This document shows, in pieces, positions 1-11,813 of a DNA stretch of 64,000 nt (its first letter is position 1; every line of letters begins with the position of its first letter). This DNA comes from Octopus sinensis (Eukaryota). Both the position numbers and the translations under genes were made by a program. The notes beneath the pieces were generated by a model. It had not been told where the DNA came from. It ran no database searches and saw nothing but the letters and a program-made list of their open reading frames with translations. The DNA lies in NCBI RefSeq assembly GCF_006345805.1, contig NC_043002.1, positions 70,928,001 to 70,992,000 on the forward strand, read 5' to 3'.

Positions 1-824
1 GGAAAAGGGAGATGATTTGTGAGAAAAGGGCGAAAGAAAAGAAAAGAGCAGGTTTCATACAGAGAGAAGGAGAGAAAGAGGACGTAGAAATAAAGAAAAA
101 CAAAGAGAGGTGGCGAAATTTCTTAATTACGTCTATCTCAATAAAGCACAACGTATAAATTTGCCAATGGGGCCTATACTTGTTTACTCATCGTGCTAGA
201 AGTACTTGCGAAATCTCTCACAAAGCACCTTCTGAAGTTTTAAATAACGAAAGAATACAAGGATTACCATAGTTTTACATATACATCTGTAACCTCGATA
301 CAGTTACGGCTACATTAGTTGGGTTAACCTTGCACCAAACAACTAAATATTACATAAATATCAAGATGTTTAATAAAGGCAAGTAGTTTGATATTGTGTC
401 CTCTGCTTCTTTTCTGTCATGGTTTGTGTCATAATAACAATTTCATTTAGAAACTGTTCGTCACACCTATTTCTAATTAAATCATTAGTTTTGAAGAACA
501 CAACCTTATGAAAATACAGTGTTACCGACAAAAAGACAAAATTTTAACACCGAATTTAACACTCTACAAAACTATTAATTAGAAATAATAAAATGGGTGT
601 TAACACACTTAGCAAAGAAATGTTAGTTAATTAAAAATAGCTTGTCTCATTATATTATGTTAGCACTCACGTTTTATCATTTGCTTTTCATTCGGCTAAC
701 ATCGGTGCTAAGTTTTCCAAACTCAAATTATTCATGGGAAAATGTACGAAACTAGGGACTGTACTCACAATCTTTCTAAATCCGTTACAAACAGAAAATA
801 ATTTCTTTAATATTGCAGTCTAAC

Positions 825-1030
825 AAGGTGGCGGGTTGGTAGACTCGTTACCGCGCCAACCGAAAGTCTTAGCGGCATTTCGTGCATCTCTACGTTCTGA
901 GTTCAAATTCCACCGAAGTTGACTTTGCCTTTCATAATTTCACGCTTGATAAAATAATTACCAGCTAAGCACTGGGATCGATGTCATCGACTTTCTCACC
1001 GAAACCGCTGAACTTGTGCCAAAATTTGAA
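825..1030 (+). mobile_element. Diverged SINE, family A (Meta-domain-like)
   Basis: Matches the window's other copies (e.g. 38947-39178): CTACGTTCTGAGTTCAAATTCC...GACTTTGCCTTTCAT...GATAAA..TACCAG. Confidence 0.8.
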
Positions 1031-1109
1031 GTTAATGTCTCTATCTAACGGCTTGTAAAGGATTTATATTTTCAATTATCAAGTCATTGGTGCAGAGTAT
1101 GCGAATAAT

Positions 1110-1550
1110 TCTTTCTACTGCAGACACAAGGTTTTAAATTTCGAGGAGTGGGTTAGTGAATTATATTGACCTGGTACCTAATTTATAGAACCCCAAAGGA
1201 TAAAATGCAAGGTCGACTTTGTTGGAAATTGAACTTAGAACGTGATAACGGAAGAAATGCCGCTAAGCACTTTGCCCGGCAAGCAAACTATTCCTATTTC
1301 TTTATTTCCTACAAGGGGCTAAACATAGAGCGGACAAACAAGGACAGACAAATGTATTAATTAGATTACATCGACCCAGTGCGTAATTGGCACTTAATTT
1401 ATCGACCCCGAAAGCATGAAAGGCAAAGTCGACCTCGGCGGAATTTGAACTCAGAACGTAGCGGCAGAAGAAATACCGCTAAGCATTTGGCCCGGCGTAC
1501 TAACGATTCTGCCAGCTCACCGCAAACTATTCTGCCAGTTCGTTGCCTTA
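1110..1550 (-). mobile_element. Nested family A SINEs (younger copy 1294-1521 inside an older copy)
   Basis: Two bodies in the same orientation; the inner one is flanked by an 11-bp direct repeat GCAAACTATTC (1283-1293, 1522-1532). Confidence 0.8.
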
Positions 1551-3564
1551 GGGTAACTGCATATTAATAGGTTAGTCACAACTGGAAAAGAATACATATA
1601 ACCATAGATGTATTTAATTATTGATCACATTTGGCTTAACAAATACTTATAACAAAATTGCCATTAGTTGATAATTATTATCCGTTTACTATTATGATTT
1701 TCGTGCAGGGAACTAGGAAGAAAACAGGAATATTCGTAGCTGCCATGCTTCTGAGTTCAAGTATGTTTCATCGAGATTAATAGCAACAAATTTCGAGAAT
1801 GTTGTTTTAAAGGACGCTCAGATAATTCTAATATATATCTGACGTCATGACTAAATGTTCAAGAGAATGAACTGCGTAATATAAAGTATAATAAAGTTAG
1901 CCACCAGTCATAAATAACTATGATCCAGAAACTTGTTCTATGCTTTCCCTAATTTTTATTAGGCTCGTCTGTTGTTGCAAATATGAGTGCATGATGCTTT
2001 CAAGGCTTCATTAAAACTGAACTAACAAATCAGACAAGATGTGGACGTTGGATGGGGACAGGGCTGCACCAGATGATATTCATTAAACCTGATTAAATTA
2101 GAGTAATAAGAATTGCTTTTGCTCAAAGCCACAATATTCAAGAAATAAATCCGCGATCTTGTGAGTATGAGCTGAACACTACTATCTCCTAAGCCACGCA
2201 ACTTCACGCGTTGCAATACTGTTCGATATAATCAATAATTTTCCTCTGTTGCGGTCTGTGTATATACGAAGTCTAAATCATAATCAATAATAAATACCCC
2301 ATTTATATTAATTTTAACAATTGGTTGATAAATGAAATCTAAAATGTAATCTATAATAGGGACAACATTTATATTAATTATCCGTAAGGCAATTACCTGA
2401 CAAATTAATATTATAAATTAAGTGTTGTATATATTTTACTAATGATTCTTTTCTAAAATCCACAGCTCATTGGAACATTTCCTGTACATTATTTACTGTC
2501 ACTGTGACCTCCAGTTTAGTTAAATTCCCTTCCTCTATCACCCAAAACAGGAATGTAGTTCAGCGTATATGGTTTTATGAAAGCAGTGCCAAAGTATCAG
2601 ATCGGTGCATAATAAAATCATAGATTCTCCTTTCGAGTTTTTTACATATCGATACATGTTGGAAAACTTTTATAGATTCAATTTTTTTTTTCATAGCATA
2701 TTACAATGGTTTTGTTCTGGACAGTTTCACGTATTTTTTTCCTATAGTGTCTTTAATTCTTCATGTAAAGATGAAAATAATAGGAAACAATGCTAAAAGG
2801 TGAATGGGTGACAATGGTATAACATTGAAAATGTTTTTCCAAAATCTCCTCTTCTATGAATGTGCACACAATACTATTTGAAGCTTATACCAACTCCAGA
2901 ATCAACTACTCCAGAAGAGCATTTATGTAATTTCCTGGTAATTTGCAACAAGCTTAAAGCCTTCAAACTAACGTGGCATTGTTAATTAATATTATTAATA
3001 TTGACAAAATGACATTTCTCTTGACAATTTCGGAATATCTATGATGGGAGAACACGTTTACCAATTGCATCACGCGTATGTACTGAATTGATATATATTG
3101 GCCAGGATAATGCAGTGGGGAAGCAAGGAATTGATAATCCTTAATTTCAAATATATTGGACCAAAACCTCAGACTTTCAGATCGATTATTGGACTTATAA
3201 ATAATGTAATATAGCAGAGTAAGTTAGGATGAGTATATTACTCTGAATAAGTTGCAAAAATGTGAAAATATATTTTTTGCACATGTGAATAATTGCATAT
3301 ATTCGATTTTACGTACATCCTAAAATAAACAAGAACTCTGTTCAATAAATATATATTTTTACAACGTAGATTATATTATGTACAGATAGATCGTACAGCC
3401 GGTCCTGATGCATGCTAGCATACATGCGTACACACACATAAAAACACACATGTTCTTTATAGATATTCATATATAGTTCAAATTTACAGAAAACAATAGA
3501 TGCAATCAGGTGAGGAAACAACAAGCCAGTATATTAGTTTAGCGCTTGATAAGAATGGAAAAGA

Positions 3565-3600
3565 TTTTGATATTTCGAACCTACGCTCTTCGGCAGAAAG
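3565..3600 (-). ncRNA. Degenerate hammerhead-like motif in a PLE-type terminal repeat
   Basis: Minus strand CTTT CTGCCGA A GAGC-GTAG-GTTC GAAA TATC AAAA; homologous to 54148-54190 and 19588-19625. Confidence 0.4.
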
Positions 3601-3885
3601 GCTTGAGAGAGAAAAAACATTGAGAGAGGACGAAAAGACAAAAAAAAAAAAAAAAAAACAGAGAGAGGCGAAGATGTGTATGGATTAACGGTTCAACACG
3701 ATGAAATGATCGGAGGAAAGAGGCTGAGTCAAAGGAAGATAATAACGCTGGCTCGGCTGTATTAGGTTGTCGAGCACGTGTAAGTAAAAATGGCGTGTGT
3801 GAGTGCATATGTGCGAATAGGAGCGGGCGCGTGTAAATGCATGTGTCGGCGAGCTTAAAATCATGTGGGCCTGTGTTGTGTGCAT

Positions 3886-4057
3886 ATATATATATATATA
3901 CCTACCTACCTACCTACTTACCTATCTATCTTTCTATTTATCTATTCATCTATTTATTTACCTATCTATCCATCCCTCCATCCATCCATCCATGTATATA
4001 TCTATATTTCTATATTTCTATCTATCTATCAATCTATCTATCTATCTATCTATATAT

Positions 4058-4134
<77 letters not shown>

Positions 4135-4139
4135 TAGAT

Positions 4140-4175
<36 letters not shown>
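3886..4175. repeat. Compound microsatellite (TA)n/(CCTA)n/(TCTA)n/(CT)n
   Basis: Directly visible simple repeats; representative of dozens of similar tracts in the window. Confidence 0.95.
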
Positions 4176-4177
<2 letters not shown>

Positions 4178-4458
4178 TCAACAATTGAGGATAAAATTAA
4201 TTAATTAATCAATTTCACCAAGTATTCAGTATGCAAAGGGACCATTTAAGGCGAATTCAAATTATTACATTATATAAAAGGGCTTAGTAAAATAAATTAC
4301 TTTGCCGCATACTGAACTCATTAGAAATAGCAGCTAAAAAACTTTTTTTAAAACTTTTCCAATATTAAAGAAAACTCTCTCATATAGTGTTTGCTCAATT
4401 CAACTCACGAAAGTATGGGGGTAGAGACATTAAATAAAAAATCAAATGCAAGGTTATT

Positions 4459-4510
4459 TGAGAACGTACGTTTCAAGATTGTCAAAATCGACACTTCTAT
4501 CATCAGCTCA
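4459..4510 (-). ncRNA. Minimal type-I hammerhead ribozyme motif
   Basis: Minus strand TGAG CTGATGA [stem II including TGTC/GACA] GAAA CGTACG TT CTCA: stem I TGAG/CTCA, palindromic stem III, GUU cleavage triplet. Confidence 0.7.
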
Positions 4511-4667
4511 GAACTCCTGGTTGGATTTGAAACACTGAAAGTGGGAGCTACCCTTTCGGCTTGTTTATCGCTTCTGAAGATCTGCTCGAAACTAACAGTG
4601 CCAGCAAATTCAAATATGCAAGCGAAGAATTTCTGCTCTCCCCTATATATATATATATATATATATA

Positions 4668-4850
4668 GTCAATTAAAACCCACAAAGAGAAAAAATATGA
4701 GGCGGTAGTACAAGGAATGTATTGATAAGACGCCCAGAGAAGAAAGAGAGTAGTTGTTTTACGGTTCAAGCATAGCTCTTCTTGTGAAACAGGAAAAACA
4801 GGAAAGCGCAAACGGAAAGAAGAAAGAAGGAGGAAAAACATTGCCGGATC
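4668..4850 (-). mobile_element. PLE-type terminal repeat fragment ending at (TA)n
   Basis: Reverse complement aligns by eye with 19535-19735 and 20280-20470 (CCTGTTTC..GAAGAGCTATGCTTGAA..GTA..ACAAC..). Confidence 0.6.
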
Positions 4851-5080
4851 TAGTCTGTTTAGTTGCCAGCATCAATTCTGTTCGAATGGATTTCATATTC
4901 AATGTAATGATACACCTTTATAGGTTAAGTAATCATGGGAAGATCGTTTTCGATATAAAACAATAAACAAAAGTGTATTAGTATTTTAAGTTTGAAAATT
5001 CCGGTAATTGTCTGTTTCCATAGTAGCAAGGGAACATGAGAACATGAGAAATCGCGTGTCATTTTCCATACTAACAAGCG

Positions 5081-5340
5081 GAATCGGTTTTTTCAGGAAC
5101 CACAATTTTCAGCAATTTGTGGAGGGCAAGCTCTCATATTCCTGAAATTGATAGATACAATCTTGAGCATAGAAAGGTGAACCACTGGGTTGGGTCTCTT
5201 AACCCGAAAGATGGTACCTACACTAAACAAGTGGAGAGTGCGTGGGCCTCTTTTATGTGAGGTAATAAACCACGCTGTGGCACTCACCGTTCTGTGGTAG
5301 ATTCATATCTCTCTGAACTTGTGTGGCGCAGAAGATACAA
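5081..5340 (+). pseudogene. Merlin (IS1595/ISXO2-like) DDE transposase remnant
   Basis: Translates ESVFSGTTIFSNLWRAS...HRKVNHWVGSLNPKDGTYTKQVESAWASFM*GNKPRCGTHRSVVDSYLSELVWRRRY, matching the IS1595-family motifs GTTI.SD.W.AY, H..VNH, HTQ.IES.W and YL.EF.WR; one in-frame stop. Confidence 0.75.
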
Positions 5341-5555
5341 AAATTGTGATTTGCTTCAGAAATGGATTGAATTTATTTTTAACATTCGTTCTTAATTTTA
5401 ATATATATATATATAAGATGAAAATCCAAAGCTGTGAAAGATTTAAAAACTTATATCAATAGGTTTTACAGCGGTTTCCCGGATATTATATATCCCTTCA
5501 TTACCTGACACATTTGGGTCTTCTTGACACCATTACCTCTCATAACCACAATATA

Positions 5556-5603
<48 letters not shown>

Positions 5604-5695
5604 ATATATTATATATAATATATATATATATATCTATAATATTATATATATATACATATATATATTATTGTTTCCATATATAAAATATATGCATA

Positions 5696-5748
<53 letters not shown>

Positions 5749-5755
<7 letters not shown>

Positions 5756-6003
5756 AAGAAATGAGGTAATCAGAAGATCGGATGGTTTATATTTACAGAT
5801 ATTTATTTTATATTACATTTTTACATATATATCATATCACTTAGATCCTTAGATCATAATATTTGATTTGAAAACCCCACTAGAATGGGAGAGAAAGCGC
5901 TAATGATCTAAGTGATATGATATATATGTAAAAATGTAAATATAAATAAATATCTGTAAATATAAACCATCCGATCTTCTGATTACCTCATTTCTTCTAA
6001 TAT
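5749..6003. repeat. Inverted repeat, ~100-bp arms, flanked by (TA)n
   Basis: 5749-5847 (AGAAATGAGGTAATCAGAAGATCGGATGG...CACTTAGATC) is the near-perfect reverse complement of 5905-6003. Confidence 0.9.
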
Positions 6004-6035
6004 ATAATACCTGTACATCATCTCTAAACCTTCCA

Positions 6036-6093
<58 letters not shown>

Positions 6094-6330
6094 CATATAT
6101 CTAAATAAATAATATATATATATATATATATATAATATATATATACATACATTTCTATATCAGTCTATCTATCTATCTATATATTATATATATATTAGAA
6201 ATTTAATATATATATATATTAGAAATTTAATATTCTGATTTGGTAATCAGTGAATAAACTTCACTGAAAATTAGATATATATATTTACAAAGTCGGGACA
6301 GATATCTGCAGCTGGCGGGCTTCTGCTACT

Positions 6331-6375
6331 CTAGACCGATGATGGACAAAGATCCTGAAACATGCGTGTCTCTAG
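6331..6375 (+). ncRNA. Minimal type-I hammerhead motif with one core substitution
   Basis: CTAGA CCGATGA TGGA-CAAAGA-TCCT GAAA CA-TGCG-TG TC TCTAG: all three stems and a GUC site, but the core reads CCGAUGA instead of CUGAUGA. Confidence 0.65.
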
Positions 6376-6551
6376 GTGCAGGCCTGGCTGCTGGCGGTAT
6401 TTGCCTCCCCTTCGTAAATATATAAGGACACAGGAAAAAAATGTGTCGAAGCCATCAGGAGGCGTCGATGCTTCCTAGGGCTAAACAACGGTTAAATTGA
6501 CAGTATACAACTATTTCTCTCTCTCTCTTTCTCCTTCTTCTCTCTCTTTCT

Positions 6552-6602
<51 letters not shown>

Positions 6603-7632
6603 AATACATACATATATCTAAATAACATATATATTATATATATATATTATATATATATATATAATATATATATATATACATATATATACAAAATATATAT
6701 AATACAGAATATATCTATATAAAACATCTTTAATATATTCTTCTGCTTAATACTTGAGCACCTCCTTGAAAACAAAATATATCATCATCAATGATGAAAT
6801 ATGTGAAAGTTTATTATTTGTAAGTCTGTTGAAGCAACGGATGGCGATGATTTTTAAAACAGACCACCAATCTCCTCTGTATCGACCGTGATTTGTTTTC
6901 TCAAACAATATTTCATTGTGTTACATTTATTTTCTTTGGAAACCATATTACTCAACATAATATACTTCTCTGTCACTCTTTCGTTGCGCAGACGATTTTA
7001 TAGTTCTTAATGATTTATTTTGTATTGATTATCAATAGCTATTAAGAGGTAAATTTATCTAGCTATTTAAAAGAAACGTTATTCTAAGCCAGCCATTTTC
7101 TGCTGTAATATAATACACGGAGTAATTAATAGAAATATATAATAATCTCATCAGGGTGCGATAATTTACGTGTTATGTGCTACTACGGATTAGTTAAATG
7201 TTTCTCGTTTTGGTTTAGCACCTATTACAAATGCTTCCATGTTTCTTAGCTATTATATTATTTTGATTGTCACATTTCGTGTGTACAATTAAGCATTCTA
7301 TCATCTCAGCTTTGGTATAAAATCGAAGCTATGATAAAAAAACTTAACTAATAATAACACTATTGTGTAGCTCTCTGCATTTGTGGATCAAATAAAAATT
7401 TAAGAGATAAAATTCCGCTACTCTGTCTAGTCTATTATGATTTCATTATTGCAGGCTGCAATAATCATTATACCTTGTTACTCTAAAGTAAAATATAAAT
7501 TATTATGGCTCTATGGTGTGACTATCAGCATGAAGGCAGGAATAATCTAAGTATGAATTCTTTGAGGATATATTAAAAAATTGCGTAGCACAATAACCCC
7601 CCCACACACACACACAAGTTCTTCAATCTATT

Positions 7633-7669
<37 letters not shown>

Positions 7670-7984
7670 ATCTTTCTATCTATCCAGCATACAAACATAC
7701 ATATAACACAGTTGAAGTGAGTTATGTATATATTCACACACGCACACACACACACTCATACACGCTCGCGCGCACACACCTACATATATAAATAATAGTG
7801 ATGGCTTCATAGCAATCTTTCAACAAAACGTCAAAAATATATACGTCACTAAAGCGACTAGGGCTTTAGTTCAATACCAGAATTGCAAGTAATACAAGTC
7901 AAAACAAATCATAGCGAAAGTAACTCAGCGTCTCATTTACTGACAAAGGAGACAAGATCCTTAAGCGTCGGGCATAGCCAGATC

Positions 7985-8092
7985 ACCAATGGGTTCACGT
8001 TCACATCAACGCTCATCAGTGGCTTTGGCTGTTTAGCGCAAGTCGCCGCTCAGACCCACTGACGAGCGTTAATGTAAACGTGAAACCACTGA
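7985..8092. repeat. Inverted repeat formed by two back-to-back hammerhead cores
   Basis: 7994-8022 pairs with 8056-8084 (26/29); each arm reads CCA CTGA(T/C)GA GCGTT..AACGT GAA(A/C)CCA outward. Confidence 0.75.
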
Positions 8093-8104
8093 TATTTTGA
8101 TATA

Positions 8105-8406
8105 TAAATCAAAATAAACAACAAGGATATCTAGAGGTAATGCAGTACTATCGTTTCTTGTAACTCCATTTAATTTAAAGACTATGATGTTGTTGGTAAA
8201 ACATGTTCTTTGTCTATCTCCTTATCCTCTTGGAGATTTTGGGTACAATTATACTAATGTGTTCTAATATAAATTAGAAAATTGCTGAAAATTGCTCTGT
8301 ATATTAAATTGATGTAATGAAATGATTGCATTGTTCAATGAAATGGAGTCGCATGAAACGATCGTACTGCATTACCTCTGGATATCCTGTTGCTTATTTT
8401 GATTTT
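8105..8406. repeat. Inverted repeat, ~65-bp arms, ~170-bp spacer
   Basis: AAATCAAAATAAACAACAAGGATATCTAGAGGTAATGCAGTAC...CTCCATTT versus 8341-8406; the right arm carries GAAACGATCGTA, which resembles the 3' half of a hammerhead. Confidence 0.85.
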
Positions 8407-8609
8407 AATCACCTAATTTTGAAATTGTATGGATAATACCATACTAAATTCTGGTGCCTCAACTTAAGTACTATATTAATCTAAATCTAGCTATACACAC
8501 ACGCACACACACACACGCACACACACACGCACACACACACACACAAACACACACACACAAACACACACACAAACACACACACACACACACACACACCAAT
8601 ATATATATA

Positions 8610-8770
8610 TAGGCGCAGAAGTTGGTATATGATAAATTGCTTGCTTACCAACCACATAGTTCCGGGTTCAGTCCCACTGCGTGGCAACCTGGGCAACTGT
8701 CTTCTACTATAACCATGGGCTGACCAAATCCTTGTGAGTGGAATCCGTAGACGTAAACCGAAGGAGACCC

Positions 8771-8823
<53 letters not shown>

Positions 8824-9122
8824 CACCGCATTTAGTCGAGCATATATATATATAAATATATAATATAAATTATACTATATTATCTATATATATAATTTGT
8901 GTGTGTGTATATATTTTGTTTGTCTTAGTTTGCCTATCCACCACCGATTAACAACCGATGCTGGTGTGTTTACGTCCCCGAAACTAGAGGTTCGGCAAAT
9001 GAGACCAAAAGAATAATTACTAGATTTGCAAAGTAGAAGTCCTGAAGTTGATTTGTTGTACTAAAGGTAGTGCTCCAGCATGGCTGCAGTCAAATGATTG
9101 AAACAAATAAAAGAGTAAGAAA
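8610..9122 (+). mobile_element. SINE family B (tRNA-like head, CORE-like segment, internal microsatellite)
   Basis: GGTTCAGTCCC B-box-like motif, GGCAACCTGGGCAA, internal (TA)n, and tail CTCCAGCATGGC..CAGTCAAATGA.TGAAACAA shared with four other copies. Confidence 0.85.
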
Positions 9123-9396
9123 GAAGAGCAGCATATATATATATATTTGTATATTTTTATTTATATTATCTTAACTTTAATTTAAATATTTTAATTGGAT
9201 TTTTATATTTTATATTTTATATTTTTTATATTTTTTATTAATTTATTCTATGTATGGCTTATGATTTTCACTGTTTGCTTTGCCTAATAGTGGTTTTATC
9301 TCTAATTTATATGATATATATTTATACTATAAAATTAGATTTAATCCTAAATCTAATTTTTCCCTGTAAGTTTGGATTTACTCCCTAATATTCTAT

Positions 9397-9438
<42 letters not shown>

Positions 9439-9440
9439 GG

Positions 9441-9491
9441 AGCTTCTACAGGACTAGAACTGTTTCATTCAAGAGAAATCTTCAGGAAGCT
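9441..9491 (-). ncRNA. Type-I hammerhead ribozyme in the downstream pseudo-LTR
   Basis: Minus strand AGCTTC CTGAAGA TTTC-TCTT-GAAT GAAA CAG-TTCTAGTC-CTG TA GAAGCT: intact core, GUA site. Confidence 0.85.
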
Positions 9492-9653
9492 AGTTAACAA
9501 GAATTGTATTGGCATTTATACATTTAGGCAGGTTTAAAGGGGTGTTGGTGGGGGACTTTTTGGGGGTAGGCATAGCGCAAAAAATCATACTTGGGGGAGT
9601 GGTCAAGGAGTCAGTGTTAAATTAGATAGGAGAATAAATAAAAAATAAAAAAT

Positions 9654-9690
<37 letters not shown>

Positions 9691-9739
9691 AAAATAAAAA
9701 ATAAAAAATAATAAAAACAAATATAAAAAAATAAATATA

Positions 9740-9784
<45 letters not shown>

Positions 9785-10528
9785 ATAAAGGGGGGAATAG
9801 AGTTTTAGGTAAATAAGGAGATTCTCACTTATACTCTACCATACACACATATATACACTCACACATACATATAATATCTACACATACACATATATATGTA
9901 TACATACACACACTCACTTGCATACACGTATACACACATGTATATATACACACACGACCACACATACATATACACACAGAAAAATATATATATATATACA
10001 CATACACACACATACTCACATACAAGCATACACACACAAATCCATACACACACATGCACACACAGCACACTAGTCCCTATATACACATATATACACATAC
10101 ACACATATATATACACCCACACATACACATACATAGACATATATATACATACATACACATACACATACATATATATATACATACACATATATATATATAT
10201 ATATACACATATATATACATATGTGTACCCATGCATACCTACACATACACACATATATATATATATACATATACAAATACAGACCCATTCCCTAATTTTA
10301 TTTTATTATCTTCGTTTATTACTTTTGTTATCTTTGGCCGCTTGTCACAAACATCTTGGCTATGACAGCCAGACCATTTATCCGTCTACTGGAAAACATT
10401 ACTCATTCACTCACGACACTCATTAGCACGTACACTCACTCATTCGTACACTCATACGCATACACGCACGCACGCGTTATATTCATACATACGTACATCT
10501 ACATACATTCACGTATATACACATACGT

Positions 10529-10640
10529 ACGCGTACCTACAGATTCATGTCTACACTCTTAGAAGGCTAGTCTATACATATACACCAATAATATAAATAC
10601 ACACACATACATGTACACCTACATACAAATACATTACATG

Positions 10641-10679
<39 letters not shown>

Positions 10680-10788
10680 CGCGTACCTACAGATTCATGT
10701 CTACACTCTTAGAAGGCTAGTCTATACATATACACCAATAAATATAAATACACACACATACATGTACACCTACATACAAATACATACA

Positions 10789-10800
<12 letters not shown>
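10529..10800. repeat. ~150-bp tandem duplication inside the PLE 3' region
   Basis: ACGCGTACCTACAGATTCATGTCTACACTCTTAGAAGGCTAGTC occurs at 10529 and 10679. Confidence 0.85.
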
Positions 10801-10858
<58 letters not shown>

Positions 10859-11575
10859 TATATTCATACTAACATGCATACTCAAAAAATAAGTAAATAG
10901 TAAATATATACACGCAGTTATTCATACATGCATACTCAAAAAATAAATATTAAGTATATGTACGTGCAGTTACCTATTATATAGACGGATACATACATAT
11001 AATAAACTTACACACATAGATATATATATATAGATATATATACAGATATATAGCTATACATATATATACACATACACACATATATAGTATATATATATAT
11101 ATAATATATATACATACACACATACACCTAAATATACACATACACACATACATACATATACATATACCATACACATATATATATATACATACATATCATA
11201 CACATACATACAAACAGAACTACCACACTCACATACACTAGTATATACATACACATATACATACACATACATATATTATATATGTATACAATATACAATA
11301 TGATATATATATATATAACACACACATTATACATACACACACACATACACACACATATATATACACATGGTGCAAACATACATACATATCTCATAAAGCT
11401 CACACACACTTACATTGACATACACATATATACACACACTTACCACACATAATATACTACACACATACATATTCACATACATATGCATACACACAAATAT
11501 ACATATATACATACATACATCTATACATATATACACACACACACACACACCACACACGCACATAATAATATATAT

Positions 11576-11609
<34 letters not shown>

Positions 11610-11813
11610 CACTAGATATATATTTTTTTTACATAATACACGCACACACACACATAATACATGCGTATAATCCTACTATACCCATACATTTCTATACATA
11701 ATACGATACACATCTACAAGCGTGCACATACATGTGAAAGGTCTTAGGAGAAAAGGTAATCGGGGTGCTAGGGGAACGGTGGGATTGGGGGGGGGTTTGT
11801 GGGTGGGGTGTCA

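Noticed and set aside
3837-4208. ORFs rich in YI/IY/HT/CV/LS, here and at 9.8-11.6, 14.5-15.2, 18.1-19.5, 39.9-40.3, 54.2-54.6 kb and elsewhere
   Set aside because: They are translations of (TA)n, (CA)n and (TCTA)n microsatellites, which lack stop codons in some frames.
4570-4605. CTGAAGA...GAAA hammerhead-like string on the plus strand
   Set aside because: No stem II or stem I pairing, and the cleavage position is G.
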